Origin: an uncultured archaeon
Lineage (GTDB): Archaea > Asgardarchaeota > Heimdallarchaeia > Heimdallarchaeales > Heimdallarchaeaceae
Assembly: GCA_964534625.1 (NCBI GenBank)
Contig: CAZHRF010000036.1
Span: forward strand, 1-24,000
Length of the DNA: 24,000 bases
Reading direction: 5' to 3'
Shown piece by piece: positions 23,501-24,000 of this stretch (position 1 is the stretch's first letter; each line of letters begins with the position of its first letter). The notes under the pieces were generated by a model that saw only the letters and a list, made by a program, of their open reading frames with translations, made no database searches and had not been told where the DNA came from. A program made the position numbers and the translations under genes.

Positions 23501-23955
23501 TGAATATCTAGTAGCGCTATTTCTGTTAGTGTTTTTATTAATTCAGTTTCATCAGCAAGAATTTCTTCAACGTGTTCATCAATAGTTTTTTTTTCTAATA
23601 AAACATCGAAAATAGGAAAATTAAAGGCATGTACTTTTATTACCTCTCGTAACTCTTCTTTTGTATAAACAGAATCTAATTTGTTAATTATCCCCTCAAA
23701 TGGATTGTTCCCCACTTCTTTTTCGTATGTATGTATCACTTCCCTAAATGCTTGATCTATAAGAGAGACACCGTTCAATTCTCCAGCCCTCACCATCTTT
23801 TGTTGATCTTGACTTTTTTCCTTATCCAGTCTCTCATTAATTATTTTTGCAAATATTCTTGCTTGGTAGATAGTAGACAAATCTAACCCTTTACCTTTAG
23901 ACAAAAAAGATTCATTTATTCCCTCAATTTGGTAAAACTCTCTTCGAATGTACAT
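20578..23955 (-). CDS. Large GH13 (alpha-amylase superfamily) protein with long uncharacterised N- and C-terminal regions
   Basis: 1125-aa ORF. GH13 regions I-IV are recognisable: 'GDMVPNHTG', 'IIRFDAAMVL' (nucleophile Asp), 'LLLAEAFW' (acid/base Glu) and 'FMNNPDE'. About 300 aa N-terminal and about 400 aa C-terminal have no motif I recognise. An AGGTGGA motif lies before the ATG. Confidence 0.85.
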   Translation of the reverse strand: MYIRREFYQIEGINESFLSKGKGLDLSTIYQARIFAKIINERLDKEKSQDQQKMVRAGELNGVSLIDQAFREVIHTYEKEVGNNPFEGIINKLDSVYTKEELREVIKVHAFNFPIFDVLLEKKTIDEHVEEILADETELIKTLTEIALLDIHNSNLAIEGSRYLISDEDIKKITEYKDFTHRIKEELQTKSFKNETLVDFIFKPIVHSSDLKDQLDYIQKNWDFLPEHMISRILTSIGVIEEEQVFRGGGPGEAHILYYEGIEGQERYSPDENWMPKVVLVAKNTYVWLNQLSKKYKRPISRLDEIPDEELDQLAKWGFNALWLIGLWERSKISKKIKRKMGNPEAEASAYSLYDYQIATDLGGYESYVYLKDQTKKRGIRLSGDMVPNHTGLDSKWLIEHPDWFISVLESPFPSYIFEGENLSSDPRMGLYLEDHYYTRTDAAVVFKRVDFQNGAVNYIYHGNDGTDMPWNDTAQLDFLKERVREAVINKIIHVAKLFPIIRFDAAMVLTKQHFQRLWYPEPGKGGGIPSRAEHGLSKEEFDKLMPKEFWREVVDRIAQEAPNTLLLAEAFWLLEGYFVRSLGMHRVYNSAFMNMLKNEENQKYRETIKNTLEFDPEILKRFVNFMNNPDEEPAVIQFGKGDKYFGVCVLLATLPGLPMFGHGQFQGFSEKYGMEYRQAYWDEREDIELVNKHENIIVPLLRKRYLFAESKNFRLYNVKDGTGNVQENIFAYSNGIENEQSLVLYHNKYAEARGWIKDSEAYVVKTAEEKIKKTTTLANVLNLTNKRGYFCCFKDSISGLKYIRKSKEIHSKGLYIELNAYQYHVFVNFYEIKDTRNELYAEVYKELKGRGTKSIRNEIRLINFKHVHSAFKQSVERCTKGIKEGKIDTALTSYKVFIEEVIRKVETKNQEIVEEMLTHFKNQLLNLIYLKNNLEQAKESKILCEEYVGHLLSENKKEGLYLIIILNLLLKDIGKLIDTKNVNTITLGMMDELFLKHVIEQIVKEKTEFNPETILNLLPLLIVTRKMPVERADYKTLFDTLFNDVKGTSYLEVNDFKGVLWFNKEKYETFIEWLYLLSLLEYKNKIIRGEEDQKPIFALQESMKNLKRKAEDSEYKVKNILHKE

Positions 23956-24000
23956 TTACCTTTCCACCTATTCTGTAGCAAAAGATGTTTCTATTTCTTC

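Noticed and set aside
23968-24000. Possible 3' end of another minus-strand gene (reverse complement reads ...EEIETSFATE-stop) 12 nt upstream of the GH13 start
   Set aside because: Only about 10 codons are visible at the window edge, so it cannot be supported as a feature.
1-24000. Scan for rRNA, tRNA, CRISPR arrays, prophage or transposon genes
   Set aside because: None seen. There are no locally GC-rich cloverleaf-sized islands in the intergenic regions, no arrays of regularly spaced repeats, and no integrase, transposase or capsid-like ORFs.

Overview
The window is visibly AT-rich and gene-dense, with prokaryotic organisation: no introns, 2-40 bp spacers inside operons, GGTGAT/GAGGT Shine-Dalgarno-like motifs 5-9 nt before many starts, and oligo-T tracts at convergent gene ends. 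I support 21 protein-coding genes. I see no rRNA, tRNA, CRISPR array, transposase or integrase.

The core (4678-12194) is a eukaryote-type ubiquitin plus ESCRT membrane-remodelling supercluster in two convergent operons.
- Plus strand: a 77-aa ubiquitin ending exactly in GG, a ThiF/E1-like activating enzyme, a single polypeptide combining a Cys-less UEV domain, a stalk, a Tsg101-type steadiness box and a full Vps28, a 106-aa helical orphan, and an EAP30 (Vps22/36-like) ESCRT-II protein.
- Minus strand: two ESCRT-III paralogues (CHMP1/Vps2/24/46-like and Snf7/Vps20/32/60-like), then Vps4 and a Vps25-like protein.

This gene content in a Shine-Dalgarno-driven operon context is the hallmark of Asgard (Loki-type) archaea. 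That is an inference from gene content, not a database hit. The system class has been described for Asgard archaea since 2015. What deserves a second look here is the local architecture:
- the Vps23-Vps28 fusion;
- no catalytic E2, E3 or DUB in the window;
- the orphan ORF between ESCRT-I and ESCRT-II;
- MIM1-like tails on both ESCRT-III proteins;
- several palindromes and hairpins in the spacers.

Flanking genes:
- divergent hutI/hutH (histidine degradation) with a translationally adjacent metallophosphoesterase;
- a PDCD5-like protein;
- an orphan, translationally coupled RnfD-RnfC pair without the other Rnf subunits;
- a membrane-anchored double zinc-ribbon protein;
- a 469-aa protein with a B-box-like zinc finger, coiled coil and beta-rich module;
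- a glycogen cluster (GH57, GlgA, a 1125-aa GH13 protein) whose convergent junction carries a perfect 25-bp tandem duplication.

All homology statements are by-eye motif or alignment recognition against sequences recalled from memory. They need HMM or structure confirmation.
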